Assembly: GCF_006345805.1 (NCBI RefSeq)
Contig: NC_043003.1
Location: 57,908,001-57,972,000, forward strand
Length of the DNA stretch: 64,000 nucleotides
Source of the DNA: Octopus sinensis
Lineage: Eukaryota
Direction: 5' to 3'
Shown here: piece by piece, positions 49,300 through 63,069 of the stretch
Position numbering within the stretch: the first letter of the stretch is position 1
How the letters are laid out: each line of letters begins with the position of its first letter
The notes under the pieces: model-generated
What the model saw: the letters and a program-made list of their open reading frames with translations, nothing else
Databases searched by the model: none
What the model was told of the DNA's origin: nothing
Translations under genes and position numbers: made by a program

Positions 49300-49835
49300 G
49301 TTAAAAAATATCCTTATCATTTTCATCATCCCCAGCTTCATCAACACCACCACTGCCTTCATCATCATCATCATCATCATCACCACCACCATCATCTTAA
49401 CTGTTGTCATCATCATCATTAGCAGCAGCACCTCCAGTAACATCACCACCACCACTACCACCTAGTTCATCATCATATCATCTATCATCAATCATCTTCC
49501 ATCATCAATCATCTTCCATCATCAATCAATCAATCATCATCATTATCATCATCTCTATCATCATCACTATCATCACAACCATCACTACCATCATCAGCAT
49601 CATCATCATCTTCACCATTATCATCACCACTATCATCACCATCATCATCTCCATCATCTTCATCATCATCATCATCACCTTCACCATTATCATCGTCACC
49701 ATCATCATCATCCTTTTTTTGCCTTCACCTTCATTATCATCATCCCTATCATCTCCATCACCATGACTATCATAATAACCATCATTATTGTCATCACCGT
49801 CACCACCACCACCACCACCACCACCACCATCATAA
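49300..49835. repeat. (CAT/CAC)n compound microsatellite
   Basis: Directly visible. Confidence 0.9.
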
Positions 49836-50432
49836 CAATTTATGTTATTTACCATATATTTGTATCATTTGATGTGTTAGGTATTTACTTTGGCGCTAGC
49901 AACTTGTCAGTTTTGGCACAAGGAAGCATCCATATAAATAAATACTTCTATCCCGGGATGGATGAGAGCAGAGATGAGGCTGAGAGGGCAGAAGAAGAGG
50001 GAGTTTATTTAGCCTGATGCCCATCCTGCCATTAATTTCTTTGTTGTTTTTTTTTGTTTTGTTGCTCATATTTTGCTTTTGATGCTCGTTAAGGAGCTTA
50101 CCGTATTGTCAGCACTGCATACATACATGCACACACATACACACACACACACACATACACACACACTCACATGTAATCCCACGCTTAACTATACACACAC
50201 ACATATATACATACACACACACACATACACGTAATCTTACATTTATGTATATAGATATACACACACATATACATACACACACACACACTCGTACAGATAT
50301 ACATAGACATATATTTATAAACTTTTGCATATATGTTTATATATATATAAATATGCATACACACCACACATATGGACACACCACACACATACACACTTAT
50401 ATTGACATATGTATATAAACATTTTATATATG

Positions 50433-50470
<38 letters not shown>

Positions 50471-52371
50471 AAAACAGAGGGAGATAGAGATAAATAGAAA
50501 GATAGATATATATATATGTGTGTGTGTGTGTGTGTATATATAAAACACCCGCACGCATGTGTGTCTGTCCGACTTCCTCCTTGCCTGTGTTTCTCTGCTA
50601 GAATGCAGCTGATGATGACGATGATGATGATGATTATGATGATGATGAGATAATGATAATCTTGCCTATCGTGATGATGATGCTTATGATTATGATGATG
50701 ATGATAATCATGGCTATGGTGATGATGATGCTTACGATGAATGAATGTGCAATAGGTGGAGGGTTGTCGACCCCAAGGTGAAGGTCACTAACGTCAACTA
50801 TATTTTGATTAAAATTGACTCCCTAGTAAACTGATCATTTGGCTTAAATATTGACTCCCCCGTGTGGCGTGGGGGGGGACGGCACGAGTAGAAGAAGGAA
50901 ACGGAGAAAGCGGGAGGTATAGGGGGTGGATGGATGGGGGGGAGGTGGCATTTTCTCTTTCATAATAAGCTCAAACATTGTTGTTGCTGTTATTGTCGGA
51001 GTCGGAGTCGTCGTTGATGTTTGATTGGAAGTTTTAAAATTTACATTGCTGTTTTGCGGTTGTAATAAAATTAATCATAATGTTACTCCCAGCCTTGTAT
51101 CCCCCCACTGCACCCCCCCCACCGTCACTGGCACCTACTCACCCGCCCACCCACTTGGAGCCTATCACTTTTACTCTTATCTTCCTTTCTCGCTCCGCCT
51201 CCCTCCTTCTCTCTCTCTCTCACTCATTCTCCTACATTCTTTAATCCTTCTGCCCCGCCTCCCACCACCTCGGGATTTCCATTATTAATTCCTCTCTTTC
51301 CCTGCATTATTTCCTCTTCTTATCCGTGCTTATCTCATATATATACTCACACACACATACACAAACTCATATTTGCATATACACATATATACATACTTGC
51401 ATGTTATACACACACACACATATGTACGCATACACACACACATACAGACTCACATATATACATATATGTATACATATATACCAACATAATTCACACACAC
51501 ATACACATATATATGTACATAATTATATATACATATACATATATACAAACATGTACGCATATATATACATATATATTCACACACATACATATATATACAT
51601 ATACACACTCGTATGCATATATATCTGTATGTTGTAGGCTTGATTTAACTTAAGATTTTGGACATGGGCCAATCTGTGTATTTGCTCTTCACAATGCATA
51701 TCTCAGCGTGCAGCTCTAGGTGCTGGTTGCATGGCTTGCATCAAGTTGCAGAGCCCTCTGGCACTGAAAGTCATATACTATACACAACCCGCTTGCCCGC
51801 CCGCCCAGATCCACTCCCACCCAAAAACACGCATACACTTGCATGTACATACATAACTCACACAGTTTATTCAAACGCATACATGCATAGACTCATGCAC
51901 ACACACAGAATCTCAAAGCTATATAAATTGTAATGGTTTATTATGAATGGTGAATCATGTCAGTAATATTAATCATATTCAGCATAGTGGTCCGTGCACT
52001 GAGATGTTGATTTGGAGGCTGGGTTTCAATTCTGTGCTGCTCTGTATTTTCTCATAAGATAAAACTTAGCAACTTATTCAAAACTTTGAAGTTTTTGTGA
52101 CACACTAAATTAAAGCAACAGCAATAACAGACCAATGACAAATTCTTTGTTTTGTCTATGGTTATTCAGCAAGCACACCCCTAATTTTTTTTTTTTTTGT
52201 TTCCTGTGGGTGGGAGGCACTAGCGTAGCTAGGGGCTGTGGTAAGAGCAGTCTGCCCCAAACAGCACTTTTAAGGGGACACCACTATAAGGTCTGCTGTA
52301 GGCTATATGTGTTTTTTGTGGAGTCCAGGGGCAACAAACAGAAGGGTCCATAGTGGGAGGCAATGCAGAGG

Positions 52372-52890
52372 CACGTGGCTTAATGGTTAGGGTGGTGGAC
52401 TCATGAGCGTAAGATTGTGGTTTCAATTCTCGATGTGGGCAATGCGTTTGTGTTCTTGAGCAAAACACTTCATTTCCTGTTGTTCCATTCAACTCAACTG
52501 TAGAAATGAGTACCACAAGTGGAACTGCATCACTTAGTGCTTAGAGTGTTCGATTCACAGCTGTAAAGTTGGGGTTTCAATCCCTGGACCAGGCAGCACA
52601 TTGTGCTCCTGAGCAAAACACTTCATTTCATGTTGTTCCAATCAAGTCAGTTGTAGAAATGAGTTTAGACTGAAGAAGGATGGGCTCTGCCAAGTTTTCT
52701 CACCTTGGATATGCTGCATGATTGCAGTGCACCAACAACCCCAAAGGGGTTAAGGGACTTGTCATTGACATGTCATTGACCACCCTCCATGAAAACTGGA
52801 GTCAAACTTTTACATCTAAACCCTCCAAGGTTGTGCCCCTGCATGGCCACAGTCCAGTGAATGAAACAAGTAAATAGATAAAAAAGTAAA
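52372..52890 (+). mobile_element. Two tandem family D-like SINE heads; the second ends in a family B-like tail
   Basis: gtggcttaatggttaggg..tgtgttcttgagcaaaacacttcattt occurs twice. Ends gcatggccacagtccagtgaatgaaacaagtaaatagataaaa. Confidence 0.65.
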
Positions 52891-53029
52891 AAAGGAAAAG
52901 ATACAAAGTTTCTAAGACTATGTTATACAATGTGTAATGCCTTCTATTTTCTTCTCGGGAAATTTGACTTCATTTCTAGCAATTTGCATGACCACATAGG
53001 GGACAAGCTAGTGACATCCACTACATGGT

Positions 53030-53245
53030 CATTCGATTTGCTAGAAATAGCAACCGAAGCTCCCTCAGATTACACCCTACCATATGACGGTGTGTAATTT
53101 GAAAGAGCTTTGATAATGTAATCCTGAGATGCCTTGTAAATAGGATTTCTCTTCTGAGATAGTCAAGGCTGGAATATCTTTCGGTTATAGATCTCTGCTC
53201 AATGAGAAATGACCCGGGGTTAAAAACAATAACAACAAAAACAAT
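53030..53245 (+). mobile_element. Repeat family E
   Basis: ttgctagaaatagcaaccgaagctccctcagattacaccc...gctggaatatctttcggttatagatctctgct..gacccggggttaaaaacaataac. Confidence 0.6.
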
Positions 53246-53805
53246 AATAATAACAATAATGGCTTGGAGGTTCAAGCCATTATTAGTCAATATGATAATG
53301 TGTAGCAGAAGATTTTACTTCTCAAACACATTATGGCTTTTCTGCCAATTATACTTGGTGGCGGCGGTGACGATGGTGATGATAATGATGATGATGATGA
53401 TGATGATGATAAACCATTCCTGTAGCCAAATATGGAAAATTTACAATTTGTCATAACTTGTATAATTTCTTATGATCATTATCTCTACCGTTTCCAGTCT
53501 TGCAAAAATAAATAATTTTTCCTTATCTTATTCTATCGCATCTTAATAAGCCATTTTCTATAACTAATGGCCTGGTCGACCATCGGAAAGAAAAAAAAAG
53601 AAAAAGAAAAAGTAAAAAATAAAGGTTAACCGACCTTCATATAAGCAATTTATCTCTACTCTATATAATCAATAACTGTAACTAATAAACAGAGTTGAAA
53701 TCTATTATAAAACAAAGGAACTTATGATTAAAATAATACCATCCATACATATGTACGTACATATATATGTACATATATATACAACACAAACACCTATATA
53801 TACAC

Positions 53806-53848
<43 letters not shown>

Positions 53849-54559
53849 CACACATATATTTATATGTGTGTGTATATATATATATATATATACACTTGCA
53901 GAAATACATATGTACACATCATGGAATACCAGGTCTCATACATACACATCAACATATTTCTCTCTCTTTCTCTCTTTTACTAACTCTCATTTTCTCTCTC
54001 ATTCATGCACAAACACACACACCTCTCTTGTCTGTCGGCTGCCCTGGCTCACTCCGACTCCATTCTATTATTTCCTTTCAGTTGTCTGCAAGCTAAGAGC
54101 AGAAACAAACTTTATAACAAAGTTTTCATAGAAATTCCTATTATTTCATTTTCCATTATTAATTATTGAAAGAAAGTTGTTGGTGATAGATTAATCCCAG
54201 AATTAGTCTACAACGGCGGGCACATTGCCTTGCAGAGTATTTCAGTTTACATTCCTTATACATGCCGAATTCTTACCCCTCTCCTTCTAATGAGTGATAT
54301 CACTCAAGTACTTTGTGTCAATCAATTTAATCAAATTTCCCCTGAGCATATAAACTCCATTTCTTGAAATTATCTCACCATCTTCTTCAAGAGTTACTGC
54401 AGTAAGTTTGCTTCTTGGGTTAGGCTGCATGTTAATATACTCACCTAAGTTCACCGTTTTTTGTGTGCTTGGTGTATTTACCTAAGCTGGATGGTCCTCA
54501 ACCATTTTTGTCTCATGGACTGAGAGATCACGCACATAACAAGACAATATAACATATTG

Positions 54560-54905
54560 TTTTACTTAGTTCATGGACCACTGCCTTGGAGGGTTTCTGT
54601 TGAACAAATCAATCCCAGGACTTATTTCTTAAGCCTAGTAATTATTCTATTGGTTTCTTTGGCCGAACTGCTAAGTTACAGGGACGTAAATACACCATTT
54701 GTTGTTAAGCAGTGATGGCAGGGACAAACACAGAGACATAGTTACACACACATACACACGACAGGCTTCTTTCAGTTTCCATCTACCAAATCCGCTCACA
54801 AGGCTTTTGGTTCGCCCAAGGCTATAGGAGAAGACATTTGCCCAAGGTGCCATACAGTGGGACTGAACCTGGAACCATGTGGTTGAGAAGCAAGCTGCTT
54901 ACCAC
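54560..54905 (-). mobile_element. SINE family B
   Basis: Full B layout. Confidence 0.85.
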
Positions 54906-56254
54906 ACCTACACCTATATATATATATATGTGTGTGACCCCATTCAGTCATGAATGGCCGTGGGATTGCACCGTGAAAGTTACCCGCCGAGGCACAAGCC
55001 TAGGTAAGGCTGTTTTTATGGAAGACCAGCAGTTGCCCATACATACCAGCCTCTCCTCTGCATACCATTAATGTTTCTTTGAAAAGAGCTCAGAATTGTA
55101 GGACAAGAAGTAAAAAATGTAAATTTTTAACCAAAAAAATCAGTGATATATCACTTTGTTATGTAGAAAACAGAACTACTGAAATCAGTAAAGATCAGTG
55201 TAACAAAATCAGAGTAAAATAACGTTTATTAGTACTGGACTAAATTTGGTAATAAAATGATATAGAGAGAATTCTTTTTTTTTTCCTTTCAAGCTGGAAG
55301 TTGAGTTGACTGTAAAGAATTATGTTGTATGTGATGTTTGTATTAATACGATGAACACAACTTTTAGGCATCGTTTGGGATTAATACATAACTCAGTGGT
55401 CTGTTGGAATAAAACATTACATTCATTTGGTGAATCGCAACCCCATGTTCATCTGGAAAAGCTGATCATGTGATGAAGGTGTTGTGTATGTTGGTATTAA
55501 CAAAGTATTAGACAAGATTCTTTCTTCTCTGGGTTTTGCCAGGGCCACCTCAACATCGATATAGGGCCCTAGACAAAATAGTGCCTCAGGGCCTCCCAAT
55601 AAACACAACTACAGCATACATAGATTTGTGTTGAACTCTTAAGCAAGGGCCCAGCATGCTTCCCCTTGTTATTGGTGGGCAACAACTAACTGAAAACAAT
55701 ACACATTGTTATTGTTTACACTGGTTTATCAGTAGATAAACTGTAGATTACTATTTTACAAATGCATATGTGCTTGATAGGTATATCACCATTCTTATAC
55801 AGATTGGTGGAAACGGTTAATACAATTTGTTAAATATCTTCAACAGTATTATCCTACCAATTCTTATATTTTAGTTTATTAATAAACAAATTATAATAAA
55901 ATAAATCGAAAGCATTTTACAAAAAAAAAAAACATCAGAATTTACAACTACCGTTTTGTTTCAGCAGGTTTGTTATCACTCTTATTTCATTTCAAAGAAT
56001 ACAAATCCTTTCACATTCTCTGCCGAATTTCCGGCAAATGATGATCTTTGTTGACTCGAGTTGTTTCACTTCTGCATCACAAAGCAAACGCTTCACCCAA
56101 AATTCTTTCAAAACCATAATTCATGTTGTATAAAGCACAAGAATACTGCAAAATCAATTCCTTGTCCCTTTTTTTCTTTCCCCCATGCAGTGGTGATAGC
56201 TATTCCAAAACTCTGCCAAAAAAACATTATTGTCTGTTTAAAAAAGTTGGGTAT

Positions 56255-56570
56255 TAATTACCAGATGATTGATTCCACCAGGTTCAACTTTGTCTTTCGC
56301 CTTTCATCCTCCTGGGTGTCCGTAGAATAAGTACCAGCTGAGCACTGGGGCTGATGTAATCAATTTTTACCCGCCTCCCTGAAATTGCTGGCTTTGTGCC
56401 GCCAAAACTTGAAGCCATTAATTATCAGATGATTAGCCGAATTGATAAGGCAGTTGTGGTCAAAAAATGCCTTGTAGTACGGTATTGATATTAAAGCCCC
56501 TTTAATATCCTGATTTCAAATCCTGCTGAGGTCATTTTTGCTTTTCATCTTCGCGGGTTCAATAAAATAA
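56255..56570 (+). mobile_element. Partial/degenerate SINE family A copies
   Basis: attccaccaggttcaactttgtctttcgcctttcatcc..aagtaccagctgagcactgggg..aaattgctggctttgtgcc. Confidence 0.6.
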
Positions 56571-58104
56571 ACAACTCATCAAGTTTATTATTTAACGGAG
56601 TTTTTGCTGATTTTAATGCGTTTATTGTTGTTTTAATAATGCATTACTTCAAATAGGTTTTGTTATTGTTGCCACTATTCTTATCATGTTATTGTTAATA
56701 TTATCGTGGCTTTCACTGTTGTTACAGTTTATAAACTTTAATGGATCTTATTGTTGATGTTGTGGCTTTCATTGACTGGTCAGTCCAGCTGTTAGTTCAA
56801 GACTGATCAATCAAGTCAAATCTTCAAAGAGACAATCATCACACGGATTAAAAAAATATATCTTTTATATCTTTTTTTTTTTCCCAATTTTTTTTTATTA
56901 TCTATTTTTGCATTATTTTGTAATTACTTTTTTTATTTTTTTCATTTGTTTGGTTCAATGTGATTAAAGGATCGATGGAAGAAAGGACTTGTGTATTTGG
57001 GTGTGTGTGGGGGGTGCAGTTATTTCATTATTCAGAACCTGGGTGCGTATGGTCCTGGTTCATTTGCCGCACGCGTGCGCGTGCGTGTATGTATGAGGGG
57101 TCAGATAAGGGTATATGATTCCTATGCGATTCCATTGTTATATATCATTGATTAAACTCAACCATTGTTGTTGTTGTTCTTTTTGTTATTGTTGTTCTTT
57201 TTGTTATTGTTGTTACTATTGTTATTGGTATCTCGTTGCGGTTGCTCCTTCTTTTAATAAGTATTAGTGATATTTTTAATTTAAAGATGCTTTCTCTCCC
57301 CAGCCCCATCCTCTCTCCCCTTTCGTTCTCTCTCACTAATAACATTACAATATAATTTCCTTTGCCTACTTAACACTACACTACCACAACCACCGCAACC
57401 ACCATCACTGCAACCACAACCACTACCACCACCATCACCACCACCACCACCACCACCACTACCAACGACATTACTAAATAACCTGTACATAAGCCATTTA
57501 ATTACACTAGTTATTCTTCTCCTACTCCCTCCACATACACATATATACATACATACATAGATACATATATACATATGTACATACATACGCACACATAGCC
57601 TCCTCTCCATCTTCATTGTATTTCATATACGCACACATACACACATACGTACATAGACAACATTCATTCTCTGAACACCACCATCCCTGCAGCCGCCAAG
57701 TACATCATACCACCACCACCACCATCCACAGGCTCATTTACAACCATCAACCACTTCCATCATCATCACTACAACCACAAACATCACTTACAACAACTAA
57801 TACCACCACCATGACCACCACCACTACCATCCTATTTTTTGATTAAAACTTGTCAGGTCAACTTAACACCATATGTTCAAGTCAAAAAGGGCAAGGGGCA
57901 GGCTGGTGGTAATGGTGGTGGTGGTGGCAGCGGCGGTGGTGAGAGGACAGAATGGTTATGCAATTGGTGAGTAAACCAATTTTGGTACGTAAGCTCCCAA
58001 ACCAGTCCTGATCAACTAATATCTCTAATCTATTCCACCCATGACCTCCTCATCTGTAGCAAACACACATTTTAACATACATCATGCACTGTAAGAGATT
58101 TGTC

Positions 58105-58270
58105 TTCATTGAGTTGGCAGAAGTGTTAGCATACAAGACAAAACGTTTAGCTGCATTTCGTACATCCTTATGTTCTGAGTTCAAATTCTGCCAGAGTCGA
58201 GTTTGTCTTTCATCTTTTCAGGAACTTTAAAATAAGCCAAAATTTGTTGGCCTTGTGAAAGAATTATTAG
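58105..58270 (+). mobile_element. SINE family A with internal deletion
   Basis: gagttggcagaagtgttagc..gttctgagttcaaattctgcc. Confidence 0.75.
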
Positions 58271-58397
58271 CTTTTGATTGGTAATCACAATTCTGGCATC
58301 TTCCAACAACATCACTTCATCTATTGGTACCAAAACAACATTGATATTGGGTTGTTTTGGCCCTCACTGTACTCTTTTTTCTCTCTCTCTCTCTCTC

Positions 58398-58760
58398 TTT
58401 TACTTGTTTCAGTCATTTGACTGTAGCCATGCTGGAGCACCGCCTTTAGTCGAGCAAATCGACCCCAGGACTTATTCTTTGTAAACCTAGTACTTATTCT
58501 ATCGGTGTCTTTTGCCGAACCGCTAAGTTACAGGGACATAAACATACCAGCATTGGCTGTCAAGTGATGTTGGGGGTAAACACAGACACACAAACATATA
58601 CACACACACATACATATACATATATACGACAGGCTTCTTTTAGTTTCCATCAACCAAATCCACTCACAAGGCTTTGGTAGGCCTGAGGCTATAGTAGAAG
58701 AAATTTGCCCAAGGTGCCATGTAGTTAGTAATTAAGTTACTTACCACACAGCCACTCCTA
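58398..58760 (-). mobile_element. SINE family B
   Basis: Full B layout ending ccacacagccactcct. Confidence 0.9.
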
Positions 58761-59294
58761 CGCCTATACAACATTTTTTAGCTGCATTATCCATGCAAGT
58801 ACTACAACACTCTAGATGCCGGTGTAACCGCTCAGAGACCACGGAGTGGATATTTTACTTCTTCTCAAGGAGTTGTTCCTTGTTCTGCTCATAACTTTGG
58901 CTTTTCTCTCACATGTGTCTACCATATTGTCATTTTAAGGTCCACTGTTCCATGCTTGCAAGGATCAAATGGAATTTATTAAGGTAGATTTTCTACAGCT
59001 GGATGCCTTTCCTGTTACCAAGCTTCACTGTTTCCAAAAGGAAGGTAATATTTCTCCATGGCCAGACATGTTTTTGTGGAAGATTAGAAACAAATGACAC
59101 TGCTTGCATAACAGTGAAACTTATTTACAACTCACACAAATTCAAAGTCAGGAGACAGTAGCACACACACACATATACTGTTGTGTCTTGAGACTCATTA
59201 TACCAAGTTATGACAAAATTTGTTTCAACACTCAAATCTACATCAAGAATCTTGGAATCAAATACAAAAACATAGGAAGGTGTGTGTGTGTGTG

Positions 59295-59458
59295 TGTGAT
59301 GAGCTTCTTCTCAGTTTTTGTTGACCGTCTCTTCTCACAAGGCTTTGGTCCGCCCAGAGCTATAATAGTGGAATAAGACACTTGCCCAGAGCCGTGCAGG
59401 TGGACTGAACCCACGACCTAATGGTTAGGAAGCAGGCTCCTTCACCACACAACCATGT
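59295..59458 (-). mobile_element. SINE family B 5' half
   Basis: cacaaggctttggtc..gacacttgccca..ggactgaaccc. Confidence 0.7.
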
Positions 59459-59847
59459 TGGCTCTACTGATGGTGGTGGTGGTGGTGGTGGTGGTAGGTT
59501 GTTGTTGTTGTTTTAATCTATAACCCCTGAGAAAAAGGAATAACAAGAGGAAATCAAACAACTATATCAGTAACAACAACATCAATGACATCACAGAAGC
59601 TCTCCACCTCTGTTAAAAATACCCCAGTTCCCACATAGGGACACACACACTTACACACACATGCTGGTTGGTCACTCTCACTTCCTTTCATCTGCCCACA
59701 TCCTCCTACATATTTTATGTTGTAAGGAAGGGAAAATAAATAAAATATCAAAAACATCTTTTGTTGACTTTGGTTTTCAATTATAATATTGCTTCATTAA
59801 GTTTGTGTATATGTGGAGAAAAAGAGACATTATCTAGATATATATTC

Positions 59848-60228
59848 TCTTTTATTCTTTTACTTGTATCAGTCATTTGACTGCGGCCATGCTGGAGCAC
59901 CCTTTTTTAGTTGAACGAATCGCCCCCAGGACTTATTCTTTGTGAGCCTAGTACTTATCCTATCTGTCTCTTTTGCCAAACAACAAAGTTATGTGGATGT
60001 AAACACACCAACATCGGTTGTCAAGCGATGCTTGGGGGAGACAAACACAGATACACAAAAATATACGTATATAATATATCTATATATATATATGATGGGC
60101 TTCTTTCAGTTTCTGTCTACCAAATCCACTCACAAGGCTTTTGTCAGCTGGAGGCTATAGTACAAGACATTCGCCCAAGGTGCCATGCAGTGGGGATGAA
60201 CCTAGAACTTACCACACAGCCACTCCTG
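59848..60228 (-). mobile_element. SINE family B
   Basis: Full B layout. Confidence 0.9.
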
Positions 60229-60305
60229 TGCCTATGTATATGTTTATATATATATATATATATATATGTTGTGTGTGGGTGTGTGTGTATATATATATAT
60301 TTATA

Positions 60306-60692
60306 TGGAGGTGCAATGGTCCAGTGGTTAGGGCAGCAGAATAGCAGTCATACAATCGTGGTTTCGATTCCCAGACCGGGTGTTGTGAGTGATTATTGGG
60401 CAAAAACACCTAAAACAGCATGAGGCTCTGGCAGGGGGTGGTGGCAGCGAACCCTGCTGTACTCTTTCACCACAACTTTATCCCACTCTTTCTTCCTATT
60501 TCTGTTGTACGTGTATTTCAAAGGGGCCAGCCTTGTCACACATTCTGTGTCACGCTGAATATCCCCCAAGAACTACGTTAAGGGTACACGTGTCTGTGGA
60601 GTGCTCAGCCACTTGCACATTAATTTCACGAGCAGGCTGTTCCGTTGATCAGATCAACTGGAACCTTCATTGTCATAAGTGACAGAGTGCCA
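60306..60692 (+). mobile_element. Mosaic SINE: family C head plus family D tail
   Basis: Head matches 36148-36300. From about 60510 it matches the tails of 7845-8160 and 31628-31910. Confidence 0.8.
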
Positions 60693-60704
60693 TATCATCA
60701 TTAT

Positions 60705-61165
60705 CGGTTAACGTCTGCTCTCCATGCTGGCATGGATTGGATGATTTGACTGAGGTCTGGTCAACCAGATAGCTACACCAGGCTCCACTCTGATCTGGCA
60801 GAGTTTCTACAGCTGGATGCCCTTCCTAACCTCAACCACTCCAAGAGTGTAGTGGGTGCTTTTACATGCCACCGGCACGAGGGCCGGTCAGGCGGTACTG
60901 GCAACGGCCATGCTCAAATGGTGTTTTACATGCCACTTGCACAGGAGCCAGTCCAGTAACAGTGGCAACGACCTTGCCCGAGCGTCTTTTTATGTGCCAT
61001 TGGCACATGCCAGTAAGGCAACGCTGGTAACGATCACACTCGAATGGTGCTTTTTACGTGCCAATGGCACAGAAGCCAGTCAGCTGCTCTGGCAATGGTC
61101 ACGCTTGGATGGTGGTCTAAGCGCTCCACTAGCACAGATGCCAGTCATTGAATTTGATTTTGTTA
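60705..61165 (-). mobile_element. RTE 3'UTR retroposon
   Basis: ggttaacgtctgctctccatgc, ctggatgcccttcctaac and repeated gtgcca..ggcac units. Confidence 0.85.
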
Positions 61166-62646
61166 TATATATATACATGTATCCTTTCTATATTAGACTT
61201 GTGTAGAAGATAATTCTTTTTTTTATGTCCTTATATGTAAAGCTGGTGGTGGTGGTGGTGGTGGCGGTGGTGCTGCTACTCTTACTCATGGTCTTGTTTT
61301 TGAGGGAGAACAGGATAATCTTTTCATCTTTATGCAGCATCCACCCGCCACCCTTCAGCCCACCACCCTGACTATTGTAGCTTGAAATATTTCCTGTAAT
61401 AAATGTAATATACTTTGTAATTTGTCATTGTTGATGAATATTTGTTGTTGTTGTTGTTGTTGTTATTGTTCTTATCTGAAGTTATTAATACTTTTCTATA
61501 TATATATGCATCATCATTTGTAATTCTGTGTGGATGTATATGTGTATATGTAATCTATGTATGTATGTGTATGTAATTGTATGTATGTTATTGTGTATGC
61601 AGGTGTGTAATCATGTATCTGTGTGTATATGTAGGTCTTAATATATACATATATATATATATATATGTATGTATGAATGTATGTACATATATATAAAATA
61701 CAAAATGGGGCAAGAACGCAAAACATCCGGACAATTTATATATACATATATATACATATATATGTATGTATATGTCTATGTATGTTTGTATGTGTATGTA
61801 TTTCTGTAAATGTATGTGTGTAAGAGAAGCGATTAAATCTCTTATTATAATTCCATCATTCCCTATTGTGTTGTGATGTTTGATGCTTATGTTGTTGTTT
61901 ATTAATATCATCCTTAATCAGGCTAGATTGACAAGGAAGAAGTTTCCTTTCTTTCTTTCTTTTTTTTCCTTTCTTTCTTTCTCCTTTACAGTAAGTGTTT
62001 TTAATTAGAGTAAATGTAAAAACTGGCGCAGGCCTACTAAAACCACCGGCTGCAGCGGCAGCAGCAACACCATCGTCGAGGTGTCGGCGATGATGGTGAC
62101 AGGCCGGCCTGATGGACAGTAGGTAGAAATAGTAGAATCTGTAGCTAATGCTGGTGTTGGTGTTGGTGGTGGAAGTGACAGTATTATCAGAGGGGGTGGA
62201 TGGGAGATGGTAATAATGATGTTATAATTGCTTTGGTTCTTGTGGATGGTCTTGACGGTGGTGGTGGTGGTGGTGGTGGTGGTGGTGGTATTAATGTGGT
62301 GTTTTGTTGCCAAAGAGACCTGATAAATGATAAAGTACTAACTGATGTCACAGCCATTGTTGTTTTATTGATGTGCTGATGTATCACTTTAGAGAGAAGA
62401 CAAAAAAAAAATCAAATCAAAAAAAAGATGATGGGTTGGTGGTGTAGGGTCAAGGGCTGGGTGGGTGGAGGTGTTGGTATGAAGGCTGGGTCTTTTGTGT
62501 TGTATATAAATGCTTATGCAGTTACTCTTGCTGCTGTTGTTGTTGTCGATGATGTCTAAAGACACATCTGTGTCTCTTATTCATATATGCCAATAGACTT
62601 CCACTTAATATGCATATTTGCACTCGACAGCAACCAGTGGTTTGAG

Positions 62647-62871
62647 ACAGGGCCACATATAGAGCAACCTTTTATATGGTCACCTGATCTGCTAGAAATA
62701 GCAACCAATTCTTTCTTTGAATCACATCCTAAAGTCTTATATATGAAAATATTGTCTGGTGCACTACAACTCAACAGGGCCATGTATACAATAACCTTTT
62801 ATATGGTCACTTAATCTGCTATAAATAGCAACCAATTCTTTCTTTGAATCACATCCTAAAGTCTTATATAT
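62647..62871. repeat. Direct duplication of about 127 bp within family E sequence
   Basis: acagggcca...ccttttatatggtcac..atctgcta.aaatagcaaccaattctttctttgaatcacatcctaaagtcttatatat starts at 62647 and 62774. Confidence 0.85.
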
Positions 62872-63010
62872 TGAACTTATTGTATACAGTGCTCAGGTGT
62901 ACAACTCATCTCAGGTGTACTACAACTCATCAGAAAAGCTAGTCAAAAATACCTGAACAGTTCATAAAATAATGCACAAGTGATCAATGAATGAGTCATT
63001 TTTAAAAATG
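62862..63010 (-). mobile_element. 3'UTR fragment of the older CR1-like family
   Basis: Reverse complement (aaaatgactcattca..ttttctgatgagttgtagtacacctgag..gtatacaataagttca) matches 41495-41600. Confidence 0.75.
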
Positions 63011-63069
63011 GGGGGGGGGCATCAGATGTAGAAGTACATATCAAAAACCAAGTCTCAAAAGGATTAAAT

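Noticed and set aside
54280-54500. Minus-strand open frame ...MQPNPRSKLTAVTLEEDGEIISRNGVYML...
   Set aside because: It is bounded by stops, unrecognised and has ambiguous splice signals.
61981-61996. TTTACAGTAAGT as a recursive splice site
   Set aside because: The AG and GT share one G. Splicing at the acceptor would leave TAAGT, so no donor is regenerated.
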